Shown here piece after piece: positions 47,519 through 58,286 of a DNA stretch of 64,000 bases. The translations under genes and the position numbers were made by a program. The notes under the pieces are model-generated. The model was not told the origin of the DNA, did no database searches, and saw nothing but the letters and a program-made list of their open reading frames with translations. Within the stretch, counting starts at the first letter, position 1. Every line of letters begins with the position of its first letter. Origin of the DNA: a virus; IMG/VR virus record IMGVR_UViG_3300021600_000005, positions 26,169 to 90,168 of that record; one strand, written 5' to 3'.

Positions 47519-47992
47519 ATGAAAAAAGGCAAAACAGCCAAAATTATCGGTTTTAAAACCGCTAAAGTTACCTATGGAACAGTCGATTCCGTAAATTTTA
47601 AATCTATTTACTTAAATATTCAAACTTGGGTTGAACCAAAAAAAGAAGTCGAAAATTGGGAACGAGTCGTCTTAAATTTAAGTAGAGATATTAAACACAC
47701 ATTATTTAATAAATTAGATAAACAAATTTTTGAAGAAAACATTATTGTTGACTTAGACTTAAGGCCTAGTGGTATTAGTATGAACAAAAAATCCTTTTCA
47801 AATTTAGAAATTAATTTTTATTTTAGACCAGGAGTGCGTTGCACAGACAATCATTTGGAATTTAAATCAAAAAAATTAAAAGAAACTTTAAAAAAAATAG
47901 CTAAACAAATTTTTAATGATAATTTTTCTAAAAACGAATATTTTAAACTTCATTTAACCAAATCTACTAAAGAAAAAAATATTATAGTTTAA
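47519..47992 (+). CDS. Hypothetical protein
   Basis: Clean ORF divergent from bS21. Confidence 0.7.
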   Translation: MKKGKTAKIIGFKTAKVTYGTVDSVNFKSIYLNIQTWVEPKKEVENWERVVLNLSRDIKHTLFNKLDKQIFEENIIVDLDLRPSGISMNKKSFSNLEINFYFRPGVRCTDNHLEFKSKKLKETLKKIAKQIFNDNFSKNEYFKLHLTKSTKEKNIIV

Positions 47993-48059
47993 ATCAACAT
48001 TTGTTAATATTTATTTGTTAACCGAAATGGTTATAAATGTCAATTTATAAAATTAATTA

Positions 48060-48791
48060 ATGGATTATCAAATAAATAATAACAATATTTTTGGAAAAAA
48101 AACTATTCTAATTGAAGAAGATGCGGGATATATTTCTCCAAAACATGAATTCAATCAAAAAGTTATTAATGAATCAAAAAACCTTATGGACTACTCAAAA
48201 CCATTTGAATTTTATGCGGTTCTTCAAAAATATAATGTTCCCAATAGAAATGGTAGAATATACCCCGAAAAAATCTTAAAAAGAGAATCTGAGAACTATA
48301 AAAAAGCAATCAATAAAGGTACATCACTTTCTGAATTAAATCACCCTGAGTCATCTTTAATCGATTTAGATAGAGTTTCTCACATTATCAATGAAATTTG
48401 GTGGGAAGGAAACGTTTTAATGGGAAAACTTAAGTTACTTACAAGTCCAGGTTTTCATGAAAGAGGGGTTTGCTCAACAAAAGGAGATTTAGCCGCAAAT
48501 TATCTTAGACAAGGTGTTACTTTAGGAATTTCTTCAAGAGGAGTTGGTTCATTAAAAAAAGTTGGCGAACAAAATGAAGTTCAAGACGATTTTGAATTAA
48601 TATGTTTTGATTTAGTATCTTCACCATCAACACCTGGAGCTTATCTTTTTAATAATCCTGATGATAGAATGAAATATGATGAAAATCTTGAAGAAGAGAA
48701 AAAAATAAGTATAGAAACGTCAAATAATGGAAATGGAACCAAATCACTTGACTTAATGAAAAAATTAAACGATTATTTGGGAAATCGTTAA
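48060..48791 (+). CDS. gp21: Prohead protease (T4 gp21-like)
   Basis: NRNGRIYP, ELNHP, VSHII, GISSRGVGS, FDLVSSPS. Confidence 0.95.
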   Translation: MDYQINNNNIFGKKTILIEEDAGYISPKHEFNQKVINESKNLMDYSKPFEFYAVLQKYNVPNRNGRIYPEKILKRESENYKKAINKGTSLSELNHPESSLIDLDRVSHIINEIWWEGNVLMGKLKLLTSPGFHERGVCSTKGDLAANYLRQGVTLGISSRGVGSLKKVGEQNEVQDDFELICFDLVSSPSTPGAYLFNNPDDRMKYDENLEEEKKISIETSNNGNGTKSLDLMKKLNDYLGNR

Positions 48792-48804
48792 AAAATAAAT
48801 AATC

Positions 48805-49014
48805 ATGGATGAAAAGTATTTTATTGCAAAAATTACCGTTGATATGGTAGATTCTGAATCAGGAAAAATTAAAAAACAAAGAGAAGAAAAATTAGTTAAA
48901 GGGTATTCACCAACAGACGTGGAAGCCAAAGTAACTAAAGTTTTTGAATCGTATTCTCAAGATTGGAGAATTACCGCAATTGTTGAAAGCAAAATTAATG
49001 AAGTTATTGATTAA
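48805..49014 (+). CDS. Small hypothetical protein (DUF4494-like)
   Basis: GKIKK.RE..LV...S.TD.EA...I.EV. Confidence 0.65.
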   Translation: MDEKYFIAKITVDMVDSESGKIKKQREEKLVKGYSPTDVEAKVTKVFESYSQDWRITAIVESKINEVID

Positions 49015-49036
49015 TCTTTAAAATCAAAATCAATTT

Positions 49037-49064
49037 AAAAGGAGGGAATTACCCTCCTTTTTTT
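49037..49064 (+). terminator. Intrinsic terminator
   Basis: AAAAGGAGGG-aatta-CCCTCCTTTTTTT. Confidence 0.85.
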
Positions 49065-49195
49065 GTTTATATACATTTTTAAATTTTATTTATATAACAA
49101 TAATTAAAAGTTTAAATCTAAAAATTCTTTATTATTTTTTATTTTTTGAATTTTTTTGCATTTGTACATATTTATTAAGAAAATCTAAAAGAAAA

Positions 49196-50713
49196 ATGTC
49201 AAACAAAAAATCTCTAGTAGAAGAAGCTATTATCCAAATGAAAAATTTGGAGGAAACCGTAGCTCAAAACGCAAAAGGAATACTTGCTTCAACAATGAAG
49301 AAAGAAATCAAAGACTTAGTTAAAGAATCTATCGTATCTGAAAAAGATGACGATGAGATTGACTCTAATGTCAAAATGGATATGGATACCAATTCTGATG
49401 AAGATGACGTTGAAGTAGATATGAATGTTGATTCTGATGAAGATGATACTGACATGGATATGAACATGGATTCTGATAAAGATGACATGGATATGGACAT
49501 GGATGTTAATTCTAATGAAGATGATATGGATATGGACGAACCTATCGACCTTACAAAACATTCTGATGAAGAAGTTATGAAAGTTTTCAAACTTATGGGA
49601 CCTAATGACCAAATTATTGTTACTAAAGATAATTCAGGAAATATTAACCTCAAAGATGGGGGTAATGATACTGAATATATGTTAGTTGGCGAAAATGAGG
49701 AAGAATATTATAACCAAGAAATGAGTGAAGATGATGAAGATGATGACGATTCAGATGACATGTATATGAGTAATGTTGATAATCAAGATATGGATATGGG
49801 AACAAATGACTCATCAATTGAAGATATCATTAATGATGTTTTTGGTAGCTCTGAAGAAATGGGAGAACAAGAAGATGAATTTTTAGATGATGAAGATTCA
49901 GAAGTTGTTTATGAAATTGAAATGGATGAAGAAGATGATTCTATGGAAATGGATGAAGATGATGATTCTATGGAAATGGATGAAGAAGAAGAAGACGAAG
50001 AATATATGTCTGAATCTAAAATGTCTATTAAACCTAAAGGCGTTGGAATGGGAAGTCCAAAATTCAAATATTCGTCTAAACCAAATCAAGGTCAAGGTTT
50101 TAAAACAAAAATGAAGCAAGGTAACCTTAAAATGGGTACTGGTAAACCTAAATTCGAATTCAAAGAAGGTGAAAATCTTGATATGGAAATGACTGAAGTT
50201 AAACCAAAATTCAAAAAGTTTGAAACTAAAGAAGCATCACGTACTTACGGAAATGGGTCTAAATCTGGTCGTGGTTTAAGAAAAGGTCACACACCAAATA
50301 GAAACTTAACTTTCGAAAGTAAAACAAATAATGAAATTCAAATTCTTAGAGAGAAAAATGAAGAGTACAGAAAAGCACTTAACGTTTTTCGTAATAAATT
50401 GACTGAAGTTGCGGTTTTCAATTCAAACTTAGCTTACGCTACACGTTTGTTCACTGAACACACAACCTCAAAACACGAAAAAATCAATATCCTTAGACGA
50501 TTTGATGGTGTTGAATCAATTAAAGAATCTAAAAATTTGTACAAATCAATAAAGGACGAATTATTAAATACAACAAACCAAACAATGAATGAATCAATTG
50601 AAAGAAAAATTGAAAACACTCCTGTTACCGGTTCAGTTAATTTAATTGAGTCAAAAACATATGAAAACCCTCAATTCGCAAGAATGAAGGACCTTATGTC
50701 AAAAATAAAATAA
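49196..50713 (+). CDS. Prohead scaffold/core protein (T4 gp22 position)
   Basis: Very acidic Met/Asp repeats and coiled-coil C-terminus; lies between protease and capsid genes. Confidence 0.8.
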   Translation: MSNKKSLVEEAIIQMKNLEETVAQNAKGILASTMKKEIKDLVKESIVSEKDDDEIDSNVKMDMDTNSDEDDVEVDMNVDSDEDDTDMDMNMDSDKDDMDMDMDVNSNEDDMDMDEPIDLTKHSDEEVMKVFKLMGPNDQIIVTKDNSGNINLKDGGNDTEYMLVGENEEEYYNQEMSEDDEDDDDSDDMYMSNVDNQDMDMGTNDSSIEDIINDVFGSSEEMGEQEDEFLDDEDSEVVYEIEMDEEDDSMEMDEDDDSMEMDEEEEDEEYMSESKMSIKPKGVGMGSPKFKYSSKPNQGQGFKTKMKQGNLKMGTGKPKFEFKEGENLDMEMTEVKPKFKKFETKEASRTYGNGSKSGRGLRKGHTPNRNLTFESKTNNEIQILREKNEEYRKALNVFRNKLTEVAVFNSNLAYATRLFTEHTTSKHEKINILRRFDGVESIKESKNLYKSIKDELLNTTNQTMNESIERKIENTPVTGSVNLIESKTYENPQFARMKDLMSKIK

Positions 50714-50745
50714 AATAAAAAATAAAAAAACAAAACAAAACTAAA

Positions 50746-52602
50746 ATGGGAGCATTATTAGAATCAGGTCTTGTTGGTAACATAGGTTTAAAACACCTTA
50801 AGGTTATTAAAGAAGATACTATTAACAAATGGGACAAATTAGGGTTCCTTGAAGGTCTTAAAGGCCACCTAAAAGAAAATGTTGCGCAGTTATATGAAAA
50901 CCAAGCGTCACATTTAATAAACGAAGCGACTTCAGATGGTGCATCAGGTTCTTTTGAAACTGTTGTATTTCCAATTGTAAGACGTGTGTTTTCTAAATTA
51001 TTAGCTAACGATATTGTATCTGTACAAGCTATGAACTTACCTATTGGTAAATTATTCTTCTTTATTCCTAAAATTCAAGGATATAGTGGAGCAACTGGAG
51101 CTAACGCTCAATACAACCCAGATTCTGGAGACCATTATTCACCTTTAGGTTCTAATGGAGCACCAGCATCAAACACTGCGGGTTACACAGGTGCTGGAAC
51201 TTACGCTAAGAATCTTTATGATTTATATTATGAAGGTACTGAACCAGGTCTTGACCCAGGTGGACTTTTTGACTACTCAAAAGGTCGTTGGTCAGCAATT
51301 ACTGCTGCAGCATCAATCCAAAAATGGTATAATGGTTCTTTACAAGACGCTGTTATTTCAGGAACTAGTAATGCTAGTGGACTTATTGCTGGTGGTAACA
51401 TAAGAAAAGTTATTATCAAAATGAATGGTTTTGCTGATACCGGAGCTGGTAAATTAATCGGTCCTGATGGTAATGAAATGGACACTGAATCTTTCCTTTC
51501 TGACTTAATTGTTTATACTGGAGCTGGTTTATCAATGGTAGCAGGTACTCCTTGTACTGTTTCTACTGGTCCATTATTATATAGAGTTGTTACTCAACAA
51601 TATGGTAGCGGTATCGTTAACGGAATAAATACAACAACATCAACTTCATGGCCTTCTACAGGTAATGGTGGTTCATTCAGAAATGTTTGTAACGCAAATG
51701 GTGAAATTTATTTAGAAGTTGACTTATCTTGTCCAGTTTGTGCTGATTGTAACGCAACATCTTTAGATGGTTACACTGGTACAACTATATCAACTGGTCA
51801 AACTAGTACTTCATTCTATTGTGCATGGAAACGTTACGAAACTCTTGAATTTGAAGACAAAATCGGTGAGGTTTCTTTTGATTTAGATTCTGTTACAGTT
51901 TCTGTGACTGAAAGAAAATTAAGAGCTCAGTGGTCTCCAGAATTAGCTCAAGACGTTGCGGCTTTCCACAACATTGATGCTGAAGCTGAATTAACCGCTT
52001 TATTATCTGAACAAGTTGCAGCTGAAATCGACCGTGAAATCCTTCGTGATTTACGTAAAGGTGCAGCTTGGCAATTACGTTGGGATTATAATGGTTGGAG
52101 AAGAATTTCTGCAACAACCTCTTATACTCAAAAAGATTGGAACCAAACATTAATTACAACAATTAACCAATTATCTGCTCAAATTCACAAGTCAACTCTT
52201 CGTGGTGGAGCTAACTGGATTGTTGTATCAAGTGAGGTTTCTGCAATCTTTGATGATTTAGAATACTTCCACGTATCTAACGCTTCACCTGAGCAAGACC
52301 AATACAACATGGGTATTGAAAGAGTAGGTACATTAGCAGGTCGTTACCAAGTGTATCGTGACCCTTATTTCCCAGCTAACCAAGTGTTAATTGGACATAA
52401 AGGTACTTCGTTACTTGATACTGGTTACATCTACGCACCGTACGTACCATTACAATTAACACCTACAATGTATAACCCGTTTAATTTTACTCCAATAAAA
52501 GGAATAATGACAAGGTATGCTAAGAAGATGGTTAATAACAGATTCTACGCTAGAATTACCGTTGACGGTGTTCGTACTTTTGATTTAAGAGAATTAAGAT
52601 AA
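50746..52602 (+). CDS. gp23: Major capsid protein (T4 gp23-like)
   Basis: PIVRRV, VQAMNLP.G, RKLRAQWSPELAQD..A.H.IDAEAEL, EIDREI, YAPYVPL, MTRYA. Confidence 0.97.
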   Translation: MGALLESGLVGNIGLKHLKVIKEDTINKWDKLGFLEGLKGHLKENVAQLYENQASHLINEATSDGASGSFETVVFPIVRRVFSKLLANDIVSVQAMNLPIGKLFFFIPKIQGYSGATGANAQYNPDSGDHYSPLGSNGAPASNTAGYTGAGTYAKNLYDLYYEGTEPGLDPGGLFDYSKGRWSAITAAASIQKWYNGSLQDAVISGTSNASGLIAGGNIRKVIIKMNGFADTGAGKLIGPDGNEMDTESFLSDLIVYTGAGLSMVAGTPCTVSTGPLLYRVVTQQYGSGIVNGINTTTSTSWPSTGNGGSFRNVCNANGEIYLEVDLSCPVCADCNATSLDGYTGTTISTGQTSTSFYCAWKRYETLEFEDKIGEVSFDLDSVTVSVTERKLRAQWSPELAQDVAAFHNIDAEAELTALLSEQVAAEIDREILRDLRKGAAWQLRWDYNGWRRISATTSYTQKDWNQTLITTINQLSAQIHKSTLRGGANWIVVSSEVSAIFDDLEYFHVSNASPEQDQYNMGIERVGTLAGRYQVYRDPYFPANQVLIGHKGTSLLDTGYIYAPYVPLQLTPTMYNPFNFTPIKGIMTRYAKKMVNNRFYARITVDGVRTFDLRELR

Positions 52603-52628
52603 TTAATTTTTTAAAATAATTAACAAAT

Positions 52629-52654
52629 AAAAAGGGACTTATAGTCCCTTTTTT
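52629..52654. terminator. Bidirectional terminator
   Basis: AAAAAGGGACT-tat-AGTCCCTTTTT. Confidence 0.85.
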
Positions 52655-52655
52655 G

Positions 52656-54269
52656 TTATAATAACATTTCGTATTTTAAATTTCCAGTGTCCCAAATTTT
52701 ATCATAACCTAATTCGGACATTATTTGTGATTCGCTTTTATTTTTATTATGTCCCATTTTGACTAATTTATCTTTACGATAATTAAATCTATGTTCTCTA
52801 ATGTCGTATTTTTTAGTGTAAGAATAATTTGGTTTAGTTTCACCAATAAAATTAAAACCTATCTTAGAATAAAAACAATAATCGTTTGTTGGTGACCAGT
52901 TTCTATTTGAATATGTAATTATTTTTTTTGGTGAATAATTTTTAATAAAAAAATTTAATAATTTTGTAAATCCGCCAACAACATTATTTGAACAAAACCT
53001 ATATAGTTCATATTCGTTTTCATTTTTAATTTTATTACCTAAAACATTTCTTAATTTACCAAACGACATTACACTTACTATTTCATCATTATGTTTTAAT
53101 CCTAAATAAATTGAAGACTTATCATTACCCTGTAAATGGTTTTTATTAAGGAAGTCGCTTTTTTGTTTACTAGTTAAAATAATTATTTTACAATTTCTAG
53201 CATATAATTTAAAATTATTTTTATGTAATAAGTTAATAATTCTATCTTTTACTATGTTCTTTTTCATTAACCATTCATCCGAAAAAATGTGTATTAAATG
53301 TATTTTTTTATTAACGCATTTAATTGTTTTATCAATATGGTAATTTTTATGTTTTCCTCTTTTTTCTGAATGCCAATATAAACCATTGTATTCTATTGCA
53401 ACATTATATTCGGGTAAAAATAAATCTAACTCAACACCTCCCAATTGTTTTTTATCACATACTTTGACAACAACACCTAAATCACTTATAAATTTTTCAA
53501 TTTCTTTTTCAGAGTTACTCCTATAAGAATGATTAATTTCACAATTATTTAAATTAGTAATAAATTCATTTTTGGTATTATTAGAAATTAATGAATTTTC
53601 ACCAAATTTATTTTTATAATCATTAATTGTTGTCTCATGTAATAACAAATGGGTGTTAGATATTGTTTTAAATTGTTCTCCGCATAAATTACAAGTAATG
53701 TAATTTTCAGAATCTGAAAATAAAACTTCTCTGTCTATTAAATTTGAATATGTTGTGAATAACTTTAATTCCGATGGAAATTTTTTAACGTATTCGCTAA
53801 TCGATGTGTGATTTTTTTCAATATGTTTAGATAATGCTCCGGTCTTATTAGTAATGTCTTTAGTTGACCAATTACATTCTAAACAATTAATTACATTATC
53901 GTTAATTTTAGGAACAAGGTTAAAATAATTAAAATGCCAATATTTTCCTGTGTCATTTAAATACATTCTTCTTTTAAACGATGAAGGTATTTTTTCATTT
54001 GGGGAGCATTTTTTAATATGTGTTATTATACCACCACTTTTATTTTCTATATCGTCGTATTTTTTACCACATGTTTTACAAGACAATATTAAATTTGAGT
54101 ATTCAACTTTTTCAATAAAAATATGTTTTATTTGACCTCCTTTAGATTTTATTGGAATGTTGTTTTCTAATAAAATTTTTTTAAGTTTTAATTTTCCTAT
54201 ATTAAATTCTTTACATAATGTCTCAATAGAAACGTTTGTTTTGTACTTTTCAATTATTTTATTTATCAT
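52656..54269 (-). CDS. Free-standing homing-endonuclease-like protein (C2H2 fingers plus Hef/Vsr-like PD-(D/E)xK domain)
   Basis: CKTC..H, CLEC..H..H, CNLC..H..H; ELDLFLPEYNVAIEYNGLYWHS; IWDTG tail. Confidence 0.78.
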   Translation of the reverse strand: MINKIIEKYKTNVSIETLCKEFNIGKLKLKKILLENNIPIKSKGGQIKHIFIEKVEYSNLILSCKTCGKKYDDIENKSGGIITHIKKCSPNEKIPSSFKRRMYLNDTGKYWHFNYFNLVPKINDNVINCLECNWSTKDITNKTGALSKHIEKNHTSISEYVKKFPSELKLFTTYSNLIDREVLFSDSENYITCNLCGEQFKTISNTHLLLHETTINDYKNKFGENSLISNNTKNEFITNLNNCEINHSYRSNSEKEIEKFISDLGVVVKVCDKKQLGGVELDLFLPEYNVAIEYNGLYWHSEKRGKHKNYHIDKTIKCVNKKIHLIHIFSDEWLMKKNIVKDRIINLLHKNNFKLYARNCKIIILTSKQKSDFLNKNHLQGNDKSSIYLGLKHNDEIVSVMSFGKLRNVLGNKIKNENEYELYRFCSNNVVGGFTKLLNFFIKNYSPKKIITYSNRNWSPTNDYCFYSKIGFNFIGETKPNYSYTKKYDIREHRFNYRKDKLVKMGHNKNKSESQIMSELGYDKIWDTGNLKYEMLL

Positions 54270-54354
54270 ATAATAAAATTATACCTAAAATAGGAATAAA
54301 GTCAAATAATTAACTTATTTTTAAATTATTAATTAAAATTGGGATAAATAATAA

Positions 54355-54756
54355 TTATAAATTAGTATTTAACCAACTTTTGTAATTATTACATTCTACC
54401 GATAAATAAATAGAAGAATTGTAAACCACGTCAAAACCAATTGTTAATTGAAATACTGATAATATTGTATCTTTAATTGTTTTTTCATTAATTTTATCTC
54501 CAGAACACTTATTAAAACTCCAACAACTCATATACCAAGTATCATCATGTAAAGTTTCGTCATAACATTTAATATCAAGATTTTCAACCCACCAATCTTT
54601 ATCAATAACTAACGATATTGTTAAAGTGGGAGAATGTTTAAATTTATAGTCAATTAAATCAACATTAACATTGGAGATAAAAGAATATTCTTTTTGTAAT
54701 ATTTTTGTTAAAAGTTTGCCAAATTTTAAATTTTCCGGAATATTTTTACCTCTCAT
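54355..54756 (-). CDS. Hypothetical protein
   Basis: Clean ORF. Confidence 0.6.
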   Translation of the reverse strand: MRGKNIPENLKFGKLLTKILQKEYSFISNVNVDLIDYKFKHSPTLTISLVIDKDWWVENLDIKCYDETLHDDTWYMSCWSFNKCSGDKINEKTIKDTILSVFQLTIGFDVVYNSSIYLSVECNNYKSWLNTNL

Positions 54757-54800
54757 AGTAATAAATAGTTAACCTGGGGATATTTATAAATAAAAATGTT

Positions 54801-55226
54801 ATGATAAAGAATTATAATTTCAATATATCGGAAGAAGAAAAAAGACAAATTTTAAATCTTCATGAATCAAGAACTAAACGTCATTATTTGATTAATGAAC
54901 AAAAAATTCATTTTAATGATGCAATGGAACTGGAAAATGTAAAAAAAATTCAAGCTCAATTAGGATTTACGGGGGCGGACCTTGATGGTAAACTTGGACC
55001 TAAAACATTGGCGGCAATTACCGCTAAGTTGACTTCACCGGCAGCAGAAGTTAAAAAAGACGATAAAGTAACACCGGCAGCAGAAGTTAAAAAAGACGAT
55101 AAAGTAACACCGGCAGCAGAAGTTAAAAAAGACGATAAAGTAACACCGGCAGCAGAAGTTAAAAAAGACGATAAAGTAACACCTGAAACTCCAAAAATTG
55201 ATTTTTTTAATGATGATAATTATTAA
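54801..55226 (+). CDS. PG-binding-domain protein with tandem repeats
   Basis: IQAQLG....DGKLGPKT; four copies of PAAEVKKDDKVT. Confidence 0.75.
   Translation: MIKNYNFNISEEEKRQILNLHESRTKRHYLINEQKIHFNDAMELENVKKIQAQLGFTGADLDGKLGPKTLAAITAKLTSPAAEVKKDDKVTPAAEVKKDDKVTPAAEVKKDDKVTPAAEVKKDDKVTPETPKIDFFNDDNY
55036..55183 (+). repeat. Perfect 36-bp coding tandem repeat, four copies
   Basis: CACCGGCAGCAGAAGTTAAAAAAGACGATAAAGTAA at 55036, 55072, 55108, 55144. Confidence 0.95.
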
Positions 55227-55367
55227 TTAATCAAAAATATCTTTTTTATTTTTATACAATTCATTAATTCTTTCAGGTAATCCCTGTAAACATTTGTGAA
55301 ATGTCATTAAATTATTAACACCATAAATACTTAATTTTTCTTCAGGGTATACCGAGTCAAGTTATAG

Positions 55368-55682
55368 TTAATTTGAATTTAATAAGTCATTAAATAATTT
55401 TTCATCAAAAGGTTTAATTATTAATTCTTTATCTTCAAATAAAAATTTAAACAAATTTTCTTGTTCAAATTTTGTTAATTCTTTATCCTCAATCATTTTT
55501 TCAATACAATCTGAAATATTAAAAAAAGGTTTTTTAATTATTTTTGAAACAGGAAAACATTTTGTTTTTAAACCTTGAGTAAAAATCACTGTTTCATTTT
55601 CAAAAATTTCTATTGATTCAATAGTATGTTCGGTATTATCAACTAAGTAAATAATTTTTTCACCAATATTAAAGTTTTCCAT
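55368..55682 (-). CDS. Hypothetical protein
   Basis: Clean ORF. Confidence 0.6.
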   Translation of the reverse strand: MENFNIGEKIIYLVDNTEHTIESIEIFENETVIFTQGLKTKCFPVSKIIKKPFFNISDCIEKMIEDKELTKFEQENLFKFLFEDKELIIKPFDEKLFNDLLNSN

Positions 55683-55744
55683 AAAACAAAATTACTAATT
55701 TTTTTTATATAAAACAAACTATTTATAATAAAAAATATTTTAGA

Positions 55745-56812
55745 ATGGATGTTAAATACGTTATAAGTGATTTAGAGAAAATACGTTTATTAATAGAATA
55801 TGACATAAGTAAAACACGTTTTGAAAACAACCAGTTTATTAGTGAACAATCAGATTTAAGGGCGGTAACATCATCTGCCGGGGCAACGGCATCATATTAT
55901 GATGGACCATATTTTTCACCTGGAGATTGGGACACTCATGATTTTTTAAACTGTGTTGAAATCACATCGTCTGTGTTAGGTATGTTACCAACACCATTGG
56001 CACCTCTTTTTTGGGGAATTTCGACAATTGCGGGAGTAGCTGACGCTGTAACATATTTTCAGGAAGATGACCCTTATATGGGAACTATGATGATGGCATT
56101 AAGTGTAATTCCAGGTGGTGAACTTTTAAAAATATTCAAATCTAGTAAAGTATTTCAAAAAATTGGAGTTAACGGACTTAAAAAGTTAATTAAATCATAT
56201 AAATCAGGTAATTTACAAAAAGAATCTGTAAAATACTTAAAAGAATTTACAAACATTTTTAAAGAGCCTTCAGTTATTAAACAAGTTAATAAGGGGATTA
56301 TTGAAGCGTCACTATTAGAATTAAAAAATAATTTAAAAAATAAATCGTCAAAATTTTTAATAAACTTTTTAATTTATTTATATAAATTCTCTAAAGGGGT
56401 AGGAAAAATAACATTCAAAGTAGGCGGAACCGTATTTGGTATAGATAAACTATATCTTCTTATTTTTGCGGACAATGAAAAATATTTTAATAGCCGTCAA
56501 AAAAATGAATTACGAATGTTAATAAATAAAACATTGGGAATTACAAGTGCGGTAAAAGATTATGAAAACAATTCTGAAGTTAAAAAACAATTATTGGATA
56601 ATATTGATAAACAATTAAAAAATCCTGAAATGATTGAAGAGGTACTTGGTGATTTAAAAAATGCTACAGTGAAGGATTATGAAAATTTTAACCCTTCAAG
56701 TTTTGATTCAATTCCTAACGCAACAGAAATTGATAATAAACCAAACGCAACAGAAATTGATAATAAACCAAACGTAACTAATTTAAGAAGTGTTAATTCT
56801 TTTATAAAATAA
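55745..56812 (+). CDS. Probable virion/ejection protein with a hydrophobic hairpin
   Basis: Hydrophobic segments (GVADAVTY...ALSVIPGG); 27-bp tandem repeat PNATEIDNK. Confidence 0.65.
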   Translation: MDVKYVISDLEKIRLLIEYDISKTRFENNQFISEQSDLRAVTSSAGATASYYDGPYFSPGDWDTHDFLNCVEITSSVLGMLPTPLAPLFWGISTIAGVADAVTYFQEDDPYMGTMMMALSVIPGGELLKIFKSSKVFQKIGVNGLKKLIKSYKSGNLQKESVKYLKEFTNIFKEPSVIKQVNKGIIEASLLELKNNLKNKSSKFLINFLIYLYKFSKGVGKITFKVGGTVFGIDKLYLLIFADNEKYFNSRQKNELRMLINKTLGITSAVKDYENNSEVKKQLLDNIDKQLKNPEMIEEVLGDLKNATVKDYENFNPSSFDSIPNATEIDNKPNATEIDNKPNVTNLRSVNSFIK

Positions 56813-56836
56813 TTAAAATAAAGATATTTATATATT

Positions 56837-58276
56837 ATGGAAAAAAAAATAATTAACGAAATAACAAGAATCCAAGAATTAATAGGTAAAAAAATACTAG
56901 TAGAAGGAGGCACTCCTACATTGTTTACTAAACTAATTAAATTTTTTGAAAAAAACGTAGGCGACGATGGACTGCCTTTTATGGGGCCATCGAACCCAGA
57001 CCTTAAATTACTAAAAGCTGAAAAAAGTTTATTAAAAAAATTTGATATAATTTTAGATTACGCTAATCATAGTTCGATGATTCGTGAACAATTAATTAAA
57101 TTTATTAATGCAGGAATGCCTCCAGCTGAATTACAAAAACTTAATGATTTTAAAACTTTTTTAATTACATATTCAAATAAAGATAAAACAATCCTTAAAA
57201 ACGCTGTCAATAAAAAATTAGATTTAATGATACCTGATTCTAAGATTAGAGAAATTTATAAACTTGATTTTGATGATTATGTTGACAATTTAAAACCAAC
57301 ACCAATACCGCCTAAAAAAATACCGGTTAAAAAAGTTAAAAAAGTTAAACCCGCGCCAACTAATGTTCCAAAAGATGATAAAATGTTAGGAGATGAAATT
57401 AATAAATCAATTGATGATGCTTTTGTTAATAAAAAAATTCCATTAAAACACATTCGAAGATTTAAAACTGAATTTGAAAAAGCCGTCATTAAACAAGTAG
57501 ATAAAATTCCAAAAGAAACTATTGATAAACTTAATTTTTGTATTAAGGAGTTAGAAAAAATACCAGGTTTGGAACGTCAAAAATTAGTAGAAACTATAGT
57601 AAGTGATTATGAGAGATTATCAGGTAAAAAAATGCCTTTAAGGGAGACACAAAGAATTAAAAACTTTTTATTAGGAAAAAATTTTAATAAAGCGGAATTT
57701 GATGGCACATTTTTTGGGACATTAGGAGCCATTCAGGACAACGCAGTGTCGTTTTTAATACATTGGTTTAGTAAATGTTTGTTATCAACTGGAATTTATG
57801 GTGCAAGTTATGCTGCCGATGCGTTTGCAGAGTTTCATGGTAATGAAAAAGCAAAACAATTAATGTATGACAAAGGTGATACTGCATGGGGAGCGTTTTT
57901 TATTCGAATATTAGGAGGTCCATTTGGACTTCTTTATACAATCATAGCGGATTTTATCCCATCAATGTGGAACTCACTTGTGGCGTTTAAAAACCATAAT
58001 AAAGATGACAGAGGATTTATAAAACGTAAAATTGACAATTTCGGAATGTGGACTTTTAAAAAAGAACTAAAATACAAATATGATGTATTAGACGTTTATA
58101 TTAATCTAATAACAATTAATAAAGACGGATTTCCAGTTTATGATTACAAAGGTACTCAATATGAAATTTATAATGTAGACTTAACAGACGTTAACAAAGC
58201 TCATATAATTATTAAAGGTGAAACACCTGAAGATGATAAAACGTTTTATTTAACGGGACCACAATTTAAAAAATAA
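56837..58276 (+). CDS. Probable virion/ejection protein with C-terminal TM segments
   Basis: IINEITRIQELIG leader; hydrophobic helices. Confidence 0.65.
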   Translation: MEKKIINEITRIQELIGKKILVEGGTPTLFTKLIKFFEKNVGDDGLPFMGPSNPDLKLLKAEKSLLKKFDIILDYANHSSMIREQLIKFINAGMPPAELQKLNDFKTFLITYSNKDKTILKNAVNKKLDLMIPDSKIREIYKLDFDDYVDNLKPTPIPPKKIPVKKVKKVKPAPTNVPKDDKMLGDEINKSIDDAFVNKKIPLKHIRRFKTEFEKAVIKQVDKIPKETIDKLNFCIKELEKIPGLERQKLVETIVSDYERLSGKKMPLRETQRIKNFLLGKNFNKAEFDGTFFGTLGAIQDNAVSFLIHWFSKCLLSTGIYGASYAADAFAEFHGNEKAKQLMYDKGDTAWGAFFIRILGGPFGLLYTIIADFIPSMWNSLVAFKNHNKDDRGFIKRKIDNFGMWTFKKELKYKYDVLDVYINLITINKDGFPVYDYKGTQYEIYNVDLTDVNKAHIIIKGETPEDDKTFYLTGPQFKK

Positions 58277-58286
58277 TTTTAAAAAT

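Noticed and set aside
49264-50119. Antisense and alternative-frame ORFs over the scaffold gene, and similar shadow ORFs elsewhere in the track
   Set aside because: By-products of low-complexity coding on the real strand
55036-55183. 36-bp repeats as a CRISPR or TIGR array
   Set aside because: Head-to-tail identical copies with no spacers, in frame within a protein
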